Source of the DNA: Syntrophorhabdaceae bacterium
Lineage (GTDB): Bacteria; Desulfobacterota; Syntrophorhabdia; Syntrophorhabdales; Syntrophorhabdaceae
NCBI GenBank assembly: GCA_963665295.1
Contig: OY762209.1
Location: 3,968,001-4,032,000, forward strand
Direction: 5' to 3'
Length of the DNA stretch: 64,000 nt
Part shown: in pieces, positions 19,904-29,380 of the stretch
How the letters are laid out: each line of letters starts with the position of its first letter
Numbering within the stretch: position 1 is the stretch's first letter
Notes under the pieces: generated by a model
The model's input: the letters and a program-made list of their open reading frames with translations, nothing else
What the model was told of the DNA's origin: nothing
Databases searched by the model: none
Translations under genes and position numbers: made by a program

Positions 19904-20257
19904 ATGTTGATGATTAGAGCGATTGTCAGACCCGAAAAGGTTGATTCCGTTTTGGAACAGCTTATGGTGGAGGGTTTTCCCGCGGTAACGAGGGTGGGCG
20001 TGTCTGGACGAGGCAAGCAGAGGGGAATCAAGATAGGTGATATCACCTATGACGAGATACCCAAAGAACTCCTCATAATGGTGGTGCCCGATTCCGACAA
20101 GGATCTGGTAGTCAAGACCGTCATGGGCGCTGCCCGCACCGGCGATAGGGGCGCATTCGGCGACGGCAAGATATTCATTTCCCCCGTCGACGAGGTCTAT
20201 ACGGTTAGTTCCGGAATCAAGGAAACGGCAACAGGCACCGAGGAGGTTACCCTATGA
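19904..20257 (+). CDS. nifI1: PII-family nitrogenase switch-off regulator NifI1
   Basis: IRAIVRPEK, GRGKQRG, YDEIPK and GAFGDGKIF; located between nifH and nifD. Confidence 0.9.
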   Translation: MLMIRAIVRPEKVDSVLEQLMVEGFPAVTRVGVSGRGKQRGIKIGDITYDEIPKELLIMVVPDSDKDLVVKTVMGAARTGDRGAFGDGKIFISPVDEVYTVSSGIKETATGTEEVTL

Positions 20258-20634
20258 AAGAGGTACTGGCCATTATCAGGATGAACAGGATCAACCAGAC
20301 CAAAAAGAGTCTTGCCGACTCCGGTGTAACGTCCATGCACGCACGGGAATGCCTGGGAAGGGGCAAAGGCCTCGTTGATCTCGAGATACTCAGAGGCGCC
20401 GAGCAGGGCTACGAAGAGGCTATAGCGCAACTCGGCAACACTCAAAGGCTAATCCCGAAGAGGATGATATCCATTGTCGTCCCGGACAAGCTGGCGGCGC
20501 GAACCGTATCGGCAATAATATCAGTCAACCGCACAGGCAAGCCGGGCGACGGAAAGATATTCGTTCTGCCCGTCCATGACGCGGTCCGGATCAGGACCGG
20601 TGAATCAGGGGACGGGACACTCGATGAGGCCTAA
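20254..20634 (+). CDS. nifI2: PII-family regulator NifI2
   Basis: MKEVLAIIRMN, GRGKG, long T-loop, GDGKIFVLP and RIRTGE. Confidence 0.9.
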   Translation: MKEVLAIIRMNRINQTKKSLADSGVTSMHARECLGRGKGLVDLEILRGAEQGYEEAIAQLGNTQRLIPKRMISIVVPDKLAARTVSAIISVNRTGKPGDGKIFVLPVHDAVRIRTGESGDGTLDEA

Positions 20635-20655
20635 GGTTGCGGAAGGAGGAAAACC

Positions 20656-22320
20656 ATGACTACGAAGACTGACGATTCAATAGCAATGAATACGGTTTCA
20701 CCCGTCGATCCCCTGGAGATCCGCGAGGAGATACTCAGAAAATATCCTGCCAAGGTGGCGCGACGCAGGGCAAAACAAATCGTTCTCAACAAATTGGGAG
20801 AGGACGAGACGGTCCCCGAGATTCTCTCAAATACAAGGACTATTCCGGGCATCCTCACCATGAGAGGGTGTGCTTACGCAGGGTGCAAGGGTGTGGTACT
20901 GGGTCCCACACGCGACATTCTCCAGATCACCCACGGCCCGATCGGCTGCGGTTTCTACAGCTGGCTTACCCGTCGTAACCAGACGAGACCCCGGACGGAG
21001 GCAGGCACGAACTTCATGCCCTATGCCCTCTCCACCGATATGCAGGAGGAAGAGATCATATTCGGAGGAGAGAAAAAACTCAAGAAGGCAATCGCGGAAG
21101 CAATCGATCTCTTTCATCCCAAGGCAATAGGCATCTTCTCCACATGCCCGGTGGGGCTCATCGGGGACGATATCCACGCCGTGGCCCGGGATATGGAAGA
21201 GAAATACCCGGAAGTGAACATTTTCGGCTTCAGTTGTGAGGGCTACAAAGGCGTAAGTCAGTCTGCCGGTCACCACATTGCGAACAACAAGGTGTTCACC
21301 GACGTAGTGGGCCAACTCGAATTGCCGAAGGAAGGAAGGTTCCGTCTCAACATTCTCGGCGAGTATAACATCGGCGGCGACGCCTTTGAGATTGAGCGCA
21401 TTGCCGACAGATGCGGCCTGACTATCCACTCCACGTTCAGCGGAAACTCTGAGTATGACGACTTCGCAAGCGCCCACACTGCCGACCTCAATGTACTGAT
21501 GTGCCATCGCTCCATCAACTATATGGCAGAGATGATGGAGAAACGCTATGGCATTCCCTGGTTGAAAATTAACTTTATCGGGGCGGAGGCTTCTGCGAAA
21601 TCGCTTCGCAAGATCTCCACCTACTTCGGAGATCCGGACTTGATCGCGACGACAGAAAAGGTTATCGCCGAGGAAATGGTCGGGGTAGAGAAAGTCCGTA
21701 AAGACGTCAGATCCCGCTGTGAGGGTAAACTGGCCATGCTCTTCGTGGGCGGCTCCAGGGCCCACCACTACCAGGAGCTTTTCACCGAGATCGGTATGAA
21801 AACCATCTCAGCCGGGTACGAATTCGCCCACCGTGATGACTATGAAGGGAGAAAGGTGATCCCCTCCATCGTGGTCGATGCCGATACCCGCAACATCGAA
21901 GAACTGACCGTCGAGGCCGATCCGGTGAGGTACAGGGCAAGAAAGGATGGGACGGAAATTGAAAGACTCGGGAGAGAAGGGATCAGTTTTGGAGACTACC
22001 GGGGCATGATGCCCGAGATGGGCGAAAACACGCTGGTAATCGATGACCTCAACCACCACGAAATGGAAATCCTCATTGACAGATACAAACCCGACGTCTT
22101 CTGCGCAGGTATAAAGGAGAAGTACGTGATCCAGAAGGCAGGAGTGCCTCTCAAACAGCTCCACAGCTACGACTACAGCGGACCTTACGCCGGTTTCAGG
22201 GGCGCAGTCAACTTCTATCGCGAGATCGACCGCATGGTCAACTCAAAGATGTTCCGGTTTGTGAAAGCGCCCTGGCAGGAAAGTCCGGAACTGGCCGGCA
22301 GTTACGCATGGAATAAGTAA
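20656..22320 (+). CDS. nifD: nitrogenase MoFe protein alpha chain (group II, with C-terminal insertion)
   Basis: RGCAYAGCKG, HGPIGC, TCPVG, GVSQSAGHH, CHRSINY, GGSRAHH and LHSYDYSGPY. Confidence 0.97.
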   Translation: MTTKTDDSIAMNTVSPVDPLEIREEILRKYPAKVARRRAKQIVLNKLGEDETVPEILSNTRTIPGILTMRGCAYAGCKGVVLGPTRDILQITHGPIGCGFYSWLTRRNQTRPRTEAGTNFMPYALSTDMQEEEIIFGGEKKLKKAIAEAIDLFHPKAIGIFSTCPVGLIGDDIHAVARDMEEKYPEVNIFGFSCEGYKGVSQSAGHHIANNKVFTDVVGQLELPKEGRFRLNILGEYNIGGDAFEIERIADRCGLTIHSTFSGNSEYDDFASAHTADLNVLMCHRSINYMAEMMEKRYGIPWLKINFIGAEASAKSLRKISTYFGDPDLIATTEKVIAEEMVGVEKVRKDVRSRCEGKLAMLFVGGSRAHHYQELFTEIGMKTISAGYEFAHRDDYEGRKVIPSIVVDADTRNIEELTVEADPVRYRARKDGTEIERLGREGISFGDYRGMMPEMGENTLVIDDLNHHEMEILIDRYKPDVFCAGIKEKYVIQKAGVPLKQLHSYDYSGPYAGFRGAVNFYREIDRMVNSKMFRFVKAPWQESPELAGSYAWNK

Positions 22321-22335
22321 GGAAAGGAGGAGGCT

Positions 22336-23712
22336 ATGCTACTAAGACACACATCCGGGCAACTCACAGAGAGGATGGCGCTGACGGTAAACCCCGCAAA
22401 GACATGCCAGCCCGTGGGCGCTATGTATGCGGCCCTCGGTATCCACAACTGCCTTCCCCACAGTCACGGCTCGCAGGGCTGTTGCGCCTACCATCGCAGC
22501 GCCCTCACAAGGCACTATAAGGACCCTGTCATGGCTACCACAAGTTCCTTCACGGAAGGCGCATCTGTTTTTGGGGGCCAGGCGAACCTCGTCGAGGCAA
22601 TCAATAACGTTTTTACCATCTACAACCCCGACATCATCGCAGTCCACACGACCTGTCTCTCGGAGGTGATAGGCGACGATCTCAAGCAGATCATCAACAA
22701 GGCGATTGCGGACGGAAAGGTCCCTGCGGGTAAAAGGGTAATCCACACAAATACCCCCAGTTTCAAGGGATCCCATGTTACAGGGTTTGCGAACATGACC
22801 CAGAGCATGGTTCAGTATCTCTCCGGGAGCACGGGCAACAAGGTGAACCGGATCAATGTGATCCCCGGGTTTGTGGAACCTTCCGATATGGCGGAGATTA
22901 AAAGGATCCTTCAAGAGATGGAGATAAAATACGTCATGTTTCCCGACACCTCAGGTGTGGTGAACGGCCCCCTGGACGGCAAGTTTCATATGTACCCGAA
23001 GGGCGGCGCCACGATCGAAGATATTATAAGCGCGGGCGACAGCAAATCGACCCTTGCATTGGGCAGACTCGCGTCCACACCCGCGGCAAAGCTCCTCGAT
23101 ACCAAGTGCAAGGTGCCTTTCGAGTCAGCCGGGCTTCCCATCGGTCTCAGGGCGACGGATACGTTTATCGATCTCTTGAGAAGGATGGCGGGAGTGAGTG
23201 TGCCCGACAGCCTTATGCTGGAGAGGGGCCAGGTGGTCGACGTACTCACCGATATGCACCAGTATCTCTACCGGAAGAAAGTAGCCCTTGTGGGGGATCC
23301 CGATCACCTGGTTTCTCTCGTTCAATTTCTCACCGATATCGATATGGAGGTTCTCTATGTAATTACAGGTACTCCGGCGGGGCCGATATTCGAACGGGCC
23401 ATAAGGGAGATGACCGGAGAAAAAACGGTCGTAAAATATGGCCCCACCGCAGATATGTACCTGTTCCATCAACTTGTGAAACAGGAGAAACCGGATCTTA
23501 TCTTCGGCAATACCTATGCGAAATATATCGCCCGCGACGAGGACATACCCCTGATCCGCATGGGGTTCCCTATTTATGATCGTGTGGGGCACCAGTATTT
23601 CCCCATCGTGGGCTATCGCGGGGCGTTGCGGCTTTTTGAAAAGATATTAACGGCCGTGTTTGACAGGCAGGATCGGGATGCCCCGGAAGAAAGCTTTGAG
23701 CTGGTTATGTAG
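22336..23712 (+). CDS. nifK: nitrogenase MoFe protein beta chain
   Basis: NPAKTCQPVGA, HGSQGCCAY, TTCLSEVIGDD, TPSFKGSH and GFPIYDR. Confidence 0.97.
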   Translation: MLLRHTSGQLTERMALTVNPAKTCQPVGAMYAALGIHNCLPHSHGSQGCCAYHRSALTRHYKDPVMATTSSFTEGASVFGGQANLVEAINNVFTIYNPDIIAVHTTCLSEVIGDDLKQIINKAIADGKVPAGKRVIHTNTPSFKGSHVTGFANMTQSMVQYLSGSTGNKVNRINVIPGFVEPSDMAEIKRILQEMEIKYVMFPDTSGVVNGPLDGKFHMYPKGGATIEDIISAGDSKSTLALGRLASTPAAKLLDTKCKVPFESAGLPIGLRATDTFIDLLRRMAGVSVPDSLMLERGQVVDVLTDMHQYLYRKKVALVGDPDHLVSLVQFLTDIDMEVLYVITGTPAGPIFERAIREMTGEKTVVKYGPTADMYLFHQLVKQEKPDLIFGNTYAKYIARDEDIPLIRMGFPIYDRVGHQYFPIVGYRGALRLFEKILTAVFDRQDRDAPEESFELVM

Positions 23713-23744
23713 GCAACGACCCGCCCGCACGGATGGAGGCAGTC

Positions 23745-25148
23745 ATGATAGAAATTCTTGAAGGCAGAAAGAGGCAGATTTACGAGAAAGGAAAGGAAGG
23801 ATTTGACCTTTCCTGCGAGAAACCGAGTCTTGCGGGGTCGGTGAGTCAGCGGGCCTGTGTCTATTGCGGTTCCAGGGTGGTCCTCTACCCCATCGCCGAC
23901 GCCCTTCATCTGGTTCACGGCCCTGTGGGGTGCGCGGCGTATACCTGGGATATCCGCGGATCCCTTTCCTCAGGACCGGAGCTTCACAGACTCAGTTTTT
24001 CAACGGACCTCGGGGAACAGGAAGTGATCTACGGCGGTGAGAAGAAGCTCCGTCAGGCCCTCGATGAGTTGATCACCGCCTATAAGCCCAAGGCTGCATT
24101 CGTCTACGCCACGTGCATCGTCGGCCTCATCGGGGACGATGTCCAGGCAGTCTGCCGCAAAATGGAGGCAAAGTTCGGAATCCCCATCATTCCCGTACAC
24201 TCCGAAGGCTTCAGGGGGTCCAAGAGAGACGGCTACAAGGCCGCCTGCACAGCGCTTTTCACCCTCACAGGCAAGGATGACGCTACGCCGGTTTCCGGGA
24301 AAAGCATCAACATCCTCGGAGACTTCAACCTCGCAGGCGAAACCTGGATCATCAAGGAATATTACCGAAGGATGGGCATCGAGGTTACGTCGTGTATCAC
24401 AGGGGACGGGAGGATCGCCGAGATCGGACGGTCCCACCGCGCCGGCCTCAATGTGGTCCAGTGTTCAGGCTCCATGACACACCTCGCCCACATGATGCAG
24501 GATGCCTACCGCATTCCGTTTAAGAGAGTCTCCTATTTCGGCATTGAGGATACGGCAGATGCCCTCTACAGCGTGGCGCGCCACTTCGGCGGCCGCCAGA
24601 TACTCGCGGATACCGAACGGCTCGTGGTCGCAGAAGTGGGTCGCATCTATCCCGAGGTACAAAAGTACCGCACATCTCTCGAGGGCAGGAAAGCTGCCAT
24701 CTATGTAGGCGGGTCGTTCAAGGCCTTTTCTCTTGTAAAGGCCTTGCGACACCTGGGGATCGATACGGCCATCGTGGGTTCCCAGACGGGTAACCGGGAG
24801 GATTACGAATATTTGAGGGAGATATGCGATGACGGCACGGTCATCGTGGACGACACCAACCCTCTTGAACTCTCACGATTCATGATGGAGAAGAATGTGG
24901 ACCTTCTCATTGGCGGAGTGAAAGAACGCCCCATCGCATATAAGATGGGGATAGCGTTCTGCGATCACAACCATGAGCGCAAACTCGCCCTTGCGGGATT
25001 CGAAGGGATGCTCAATTTCTGTAGGGAGGTATACTCTTCCGTCATGAGTCCCGTATGGGAATTTTCGCCTGCCCGCACGAGACGCGGCGGTGTGGCGTCA
25101 CCAGACCCCGCAGCCTGCCTGCCCGGCCGGGCGCTCAGTCACATGTGA
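23745..25148 (+). CDS. nifE: FeMo-co scaffold NifE
   Basis: AGSVSQRACVYCG, HGPVGC, TCIVGLIGDD and DHNHER; GGAGG before ATG 23745. Confidence 0.93.
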   Translation: MIEILEGRKRQIYEKGKEGFDLSCEKPSLAGSVSQRACVYCGSRVVLYPIADALHLVHGPVGCAAYTWDIRGSLSSGPELHRLSFSTDLGEQEVIYGGEKKLRQALDELITAYKPKAAFVYATCIVGLIGDDVQAVCRKMEAKFGIPIIPVHSEGFRGSKRDGYKAACTALFTLTGKDDATPVSGKSINILGDFNLAGETWIIKEYYRRMGIEVTSCITGDGRIAEIGRSHRAGLNVVQCSGSMTHLAHMMQDAYRIPFKRVSYFGIEDTADALYSVARHFGGRQILADTERLVVAEVGRIYPEVQKYRTSLEGRKAAIYVGGSFKAFSLVKALRHLGIDTAIVGSQTGNREDYEYLREICDDGTVIVDDTNPLELSRFMMEKNVDLLIGGVKERPIAYKMGIAFCDHNHERKLALAGFEGMLNFCREVYSSVMSPVWEFSPARTRRGGVASPDPAACLPGRALSHM

Positions 25149-25197
25149 GACGATGAAACACAACCGAGAGGACTAAAAACGAAAAGAGGGTATAAAA

Positions 25198-26589
25198 ATG
25201 AAAGAGACAGGACAGAAAAATGAATCCCACGCAGCCGGGAAGAACGTCCCGCATTTCATTTCCACACGAAATGCATGCAAGCTATGCGCTCCCCTCGGGG
25301 CAAGCATCGCGTTCAGGGGAATCGCCAACTGCATCCCCCTGATCCACGGCTCCCAGGGTTGTGCAACCTACATACGACGATACGTGATAAGTCATTTCAA
25401 AGAACCCGTCGACATTGCATCCTCCAATTTCAGCGAAACAAGCGCCATCTTCGGGGGAGGCGATAACCTGCGGACGGCCCTCATGAATGTCTCCCGTCAG
25501 TACGCACCGGACGTCATCGGGATCGCAAGCACCTGCCTGTCCGAGACGATGGGCGATGATGTCCGCCTTTACCTCGACCAGTACAAAAAGGAGAAGAAGG
25601 GCGAGGCCGTTCCCGTGCTCATCCATGCGTCGACCCCGAGCTATCGGGGCACACACATGGAAGGATATCATGAAGTAGTGAAAGCGACTGTAGAAGCCCT
25701 CGCCGAGGGCGGTCCCCGCACCGACACCATCAATATTATCCCCGGTTTTCTTTCGCCGGAGGATCTGAGGCACCTCAAGGAAATCATGTCGGATTTCGGT
25801 ATTATCTGCACCATGTTTCCCGACTATTCGGAAACACTGGACGGTGAGTCGTGGTTCGACTATCAGAAACTCTCAGAAGGCGGGACCGCGGTCGAGTCGA
25901 TAAGAGGCATGGGAAGGGCCTCGGCCACTGTCCAACTCGGGAGGAGTCTCGCCGGAGAAAAGAGCGCCGCCGCCTATCTTGAAAATAAGTTCGGTGTACA
26001 CCCCATCGTGGTCGGCCTCCCCATCGGTATCAGGGAGACAGACCTGTTCTTGAACTCTCTCGCGGAGGTGTCGGGCAAAGAGATTCCCTTGAAGTACGAA
26101 AAAGAAAGGGGCAGGCTTATTGATTCCTATATCGACGGCCACAAATACCTCTTCGGAAAACACGCCATCGTCTATGGTGAGATGGATTTTGTCGCTTCCA
26201 TTGCCTCTTTTCTCGATGAGATAGGGGTCATCCCGACCCTCTGCGCCACAGGGGCCCGTACGGGACATTTCGAGGAACTCGTCATGTCCGTCATCAAGCA
26301 CAATCGGGACCACGTTCAGGTTGTGGAAGATACCGACTTCGCGACCATGCTTGACACTTGCATTGACATGAAAACAGACATAGTTATCGGAAGCAGCAAG
26401 GGTTACGCCCTTTCAAGGAAGCTCCACATTCCCCTTGTCCGCATAGGGTTCCCCATACATGACCGGATCGGGGGCCAGCGAATACTCCATACGGGGTACA
26501 GGGGAACCCAACAACTTTTCGACAGGATAGTGAACACCTTCATCGAGTCTGCCCAGAACAACTCCTCGGTGGGCTACAGCTACATATAA
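25198..26589 (+). CDS. nifN: FeMo-co scaffold NifN
   Basis: NACKLCAPLGA, HGSQGCATY, STCLSETMGDD and GFPIHDRIGG. Confidence 0.92.
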   Translation: MKETGQKNESHAAGKNVPHFISTRNACKLCAPLGASIAFRGIANCIPLIHGSQGCATYIRRYVISHFKEPVDIASSNFSETSAIFGGGDNLRTALMNVSRQYAPDVIGIASTCLSETMGDDVRLYLDQYKKEKKGEAVPVLIHASTPSYRGTHMEGYHEVVKATVEALAEGGPRTDTINIIPGFLSPEDLRHLKEIMSDFGIICTMFPDYSETLDGESWFDYQKLSEGGTAVESIRGMGRASATVQLGRSLAGEKSAAAYLENKFGVHPIVVGLPIGIRETDLFLNSLAEVSGKEIPLKYEKERGRLIDSYIDGHKYLFGKHAIVYGEMDFVASIASFLDEIGVIPTLCATGARTGHFEELVMSVIKHNRDHVQVVEDTDFATMLDTCIDMKTDIVIGSSKGYALSRKLHIPLVRIGFPIHDRIGGQRILHTGYRGTQQLFDRIVNTFIESAQNNSSVGYSYI

Positions 26590-26600
26590 GGGAGGAACCC

Positions 26601-27860
26601 ATGATTTATGACGATCATCCATGCTTCTCGACCGGCGCCCGCCACAGGGTAGCGAGAATACACCTGCCTGTGGCGCCCAAATGCAATATGCAATGCAATT
26701 ATTGCAATCGTGATTTTGAATGTGTAAACGAGTCGAGGCCGGGCGTGTCGGGCACGGTTCTTAAACCGGATCAGGCAGCCGACTACCTTGACATGGTGCT
26801 CCAGAAGATAAAGAACATCAGCGTGGTGGGTATTGCAGGACCGGGCGACCCATTTGCCAACCCTCAAGAGACCATCAAAACCCTCCGGCTTGTGAGGGCG
26901 AGACACCCTGGAATGCTCCTCTGCCTCGCAACAAACGGACTTGAGGTCTCACAATACCTCAACGAACTGGAGGACCTGAGGCTCAGCCATGTCACAGTCA
27001 CCGTAAACGCCGTAGACCCCGTCGTGGGACGACGGATATACGCGTGGGCCAGAAAGGACAAAAGGGTCTACCGAGGTGAGGATGCGGCGAAAATAATCCT
27101 CGACAACCAACTGGAAGCCCTCGGCAGGATGAAAGAAATGGACATAACAGTGAAGATCAACACGGTAATCGTACCCGGCATCAATGACGCCCACGTCACC
27201 GATATCGCCCGCCACATGTCGCTCCTGAAGGTGGATATCATGAATTGTATACCCCTCTATCATGTGGCGGGCACCCCCTTTCAAGGGATCGCACCTCTAC
27301 CTCCGGAGAGGCTCGAGGCAGTCAGGCGGGAGGCAGGGACATATGTGCCTCAAATGGGCCATTGCAGTCGTTGTCGCGCCGACGCCGCAGGCATGATCGG
27401 TAAAGCGCAAACCGAGGAGATCAAGGAACTCCTCGCAAAAGCCTCAAAATCCTACATCACCGCCGAAAGGCAGTATGTGGCCGTGGCAAGCATGGAAGGC
27501 ATATTCGTGAACCAGCATCTGGGAGAGGCAGCGTCCCTCTGGATATTCGGGTTGAGTGAGGGCAAGGCTCAATTGCGCGAGCGCCGGCCTACTCCCGCTC
27601 CCGGCGGGGCGGGGAAACGCTGGGCCGAACTTGCGCAATCCATCGAGGATTGCAACACCGTCCTCGCGAGCGGAATCGGTCCCTTTCCTCAGTCAGTCCT
27701 TGAACGGGCGGGGCTCAAGGTCGTGGTGATGGAAGGACTCGCCGGCGAAGGTGTGGAAGCGGTCCTCGCGGGGAAGGAAATCCCGAGGATCCTTCTCAGG
27801 ACCCCGGGCAAATGCGGAATCGGGCTCCAATGTACAGGGAGCGGCATGGGTTGCGGCTAG
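26601..27860 (+). CDS. nifB: NifB radical SAM protein with C-terminal NifX-like domain
   Basis: HPCF, CNMQCNYC, ESRPG, AGPGDP, CSRCRADA and VNQHLG. Confidence 0.95.
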   Translation: MIYDDHPCFSTGARHRVARIHLPVAPKCNMQCNYCNRDFECVNESRPGVSGTVLKPDQAADYLDMVLQKIKNISVVGIAGPGDPFANPQETIKTLRLVRARHPGMLLCLATNGLEVSQYLNELEDLRLSHVTVTVNAVDPVVGRRIYAWARKDKRVYRGEDAAKIILDNQLEALGRMKEMDITVKINTVIVPGINDAHVTDIARHMSLLKVDIMNCIPLYHVAGTPFQGIAPLPPERLEAVRREAGTYVPQMGHCSRCRADAAGMIGKAQTEEIKELLAKASKSYITAERQYVAVASMEGIFVNQHLGEAASLWIFGLSEGKAQLRERRPTPAPGGAGKRWAELAQSIEDCNTVLASGIGPFPQSVLERAGLKVVVMEGLAGEGVEAVLAGKEIPRILLRTPGKCGIGLQCTGSGMGCG

Positions 27861-27896
27861 TCGCGACTCAAATCATCATCCACAAGAGGAGGAAAC

Positions 27897-28205
27897 ATGA
27901 AAAAAGCGGACCACCATATCTTCGTGTGCGGAAGCTTCAGGGCCAACGGCAATCCCCAGGGCGTATGCAACAAGAAAAACTCCCTCCAGCTGCTCCAGTA
28001 TCTCGAACAGGAGCTCGCCGACAGGGGATTGACCAATGTGATTGTATCGAGCACAGGGTGTCTCAAGGTGTGCGACCGGGGCCCCGCCATGATTATCTAT
28101 CCTGAGAACTGGTGGTACGGCGGGCTTGAAAACGAGTCGGCCATTGACGATATACTTGACGCTCTGGAGGACGGGAATCCCGCAGGGAAGTACATAATCG
28201 CATGA
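27897..28205 (+). CDS. thioredoxin-like [2Fe-2S] ferredoxin
   Basis: HIFVC...C...TGCLKVCDRGP..IIYPENWWY. Confidence 0.88.
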   Translation: MKKADHHIFVCGSFRANGNPQGVCNKKNSLQLLQYLEQELADRGLTNVIVSSTGCLKVCDRGPAMIIYPENWWYGGLENESAIDDILDALEDGNPAGKYIIA

Positions 28206-28462
28206 CCTGACTCCCGCCTCATGACCGATCCTTCCGGAGCACTCTTCCCGAGCGCACAGGAAGGATCGGTAACCCCACGGAGAAGAAGGGCGAATTTCTG
28301 AGGCATCACGCTTGCGTCGTCGGCTCCTTTCCCCGGGCGGTCATTCAACGGGAGGAATTCAAGGCCCGGCGGAAGACGTTAGTTGCATAACCCATCGCTA
28401 TATGAGATAATATCATCGTTTCCTGGTTGGTCTTGAAAAACACTACCTTAAAGGAGAGAAAG

Positions 28463-29245
28463 ATGCCTGATTATACCGCTATCGACAATTCATCGGCGTT
28501 GGGCTACATCTTTTACCCTCGTGATTATTCCAGTGCCTGTCCCTTTTTCGCTTTTGACGTGATGGTACCCGCAGGAGACGAGGTTACTCTCTCTTGTCGC
28601 TTTTTTCAGGGTGACCGTGACTGGCCCTGGGTACTTTTGTTCCACGGGAACGGCGAGGTAGTGAGCGACTATGATGAGATTTCCCCTTTTTATTTCAAGC
28701 GAAAAATCAATCTGGTTGTAACGGATTACAGGGGATACGGCAAAAGCGGCGGGACACCGACCATTACGGACATGCTCCGCGACGCCCACACTGTGTACAA
28801 AGCGGTGAAGGAAGAGTTGGGAACGAGGGGCTTGAACAACAAGCTCTGGATAATGGGACGATCTCTCGGCAGCCTTTCCGCCCTGGAACTGGCGAATCAT
28901 TACCAGGAGAATATTCCGGGCATGATAATCGAGAGCGGTTTCCTGAGCATAGTAAGGATACTCCGTCACCTTGATGTGCCCACGGAAGGTGTAGATCTCG
29001 ACAAGATCGACGGGGAATGCGTCGAAATGGCCGGGAAGATCACTCTTCCAATGCTCATTATTCATGGTGAGTATGATAATCTCGTACCCTTCGGTGAGGC
29101 CGAAGACCTTTACGACAAGATAAAGTCCGAAGACAAGAAGCTCCTCATGATCTCTGCGGCCGATCATAACGATGTCATGTTTGTCGGTCTTAACGAGTAT
29201 TTTAAGGCGATCAAGGATTTCGTCGAACGAACCGACAAACAATAA
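28463..29245 (+). CDS. alpha/beta hydrolase
   Basis: FHGNGE, DYRGYGKS, GRSLG, IIHGEYD and DHND. Confidence 0.88.
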   Translation: MPDYTAIDNSSALGYIFYPRDYSSACPFFAFDVMVPAGDEVTLSCRFFQGDRDWPWVLLFHGNGEVVSDYDEISPFYFKRKINLVVTDYRGYGKSGGTPTITDMLRDAHTVYKAVKEELGTRGLNNKLWIMGRSLGSLSALELANHYQENIPGMIIESGFLSIVRILRHLDVPTEGVDLDKIDGECVEMAGKITLPMLIIHGEYDNLVPFGEAEDLYDKIKSEDKKLLMISAADHNDVMFVGLNEYFKAIKDFVERTDKQ

Positions 29246-29380
29246 AACCGGCCGTATAGACCTCCTCCCTCCCCAAACAAATGACAGGGCGGGCGGAACA
29301 GTGCGTATTTAAGGACAGGCGGGCAGTTGCACGGAGACGATGACCCGGGTTGCCACGCCCTGCAGATAAAGGCAGACAGG

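Noticed and set aside
20656..23712. Alternative (V or Fe-only) nitrogenase
   Set aside because: No G-subunit gene between D and K (15-bp gap), CHRSINY and HSYDY are Mo-type signatures, and nifEN are present
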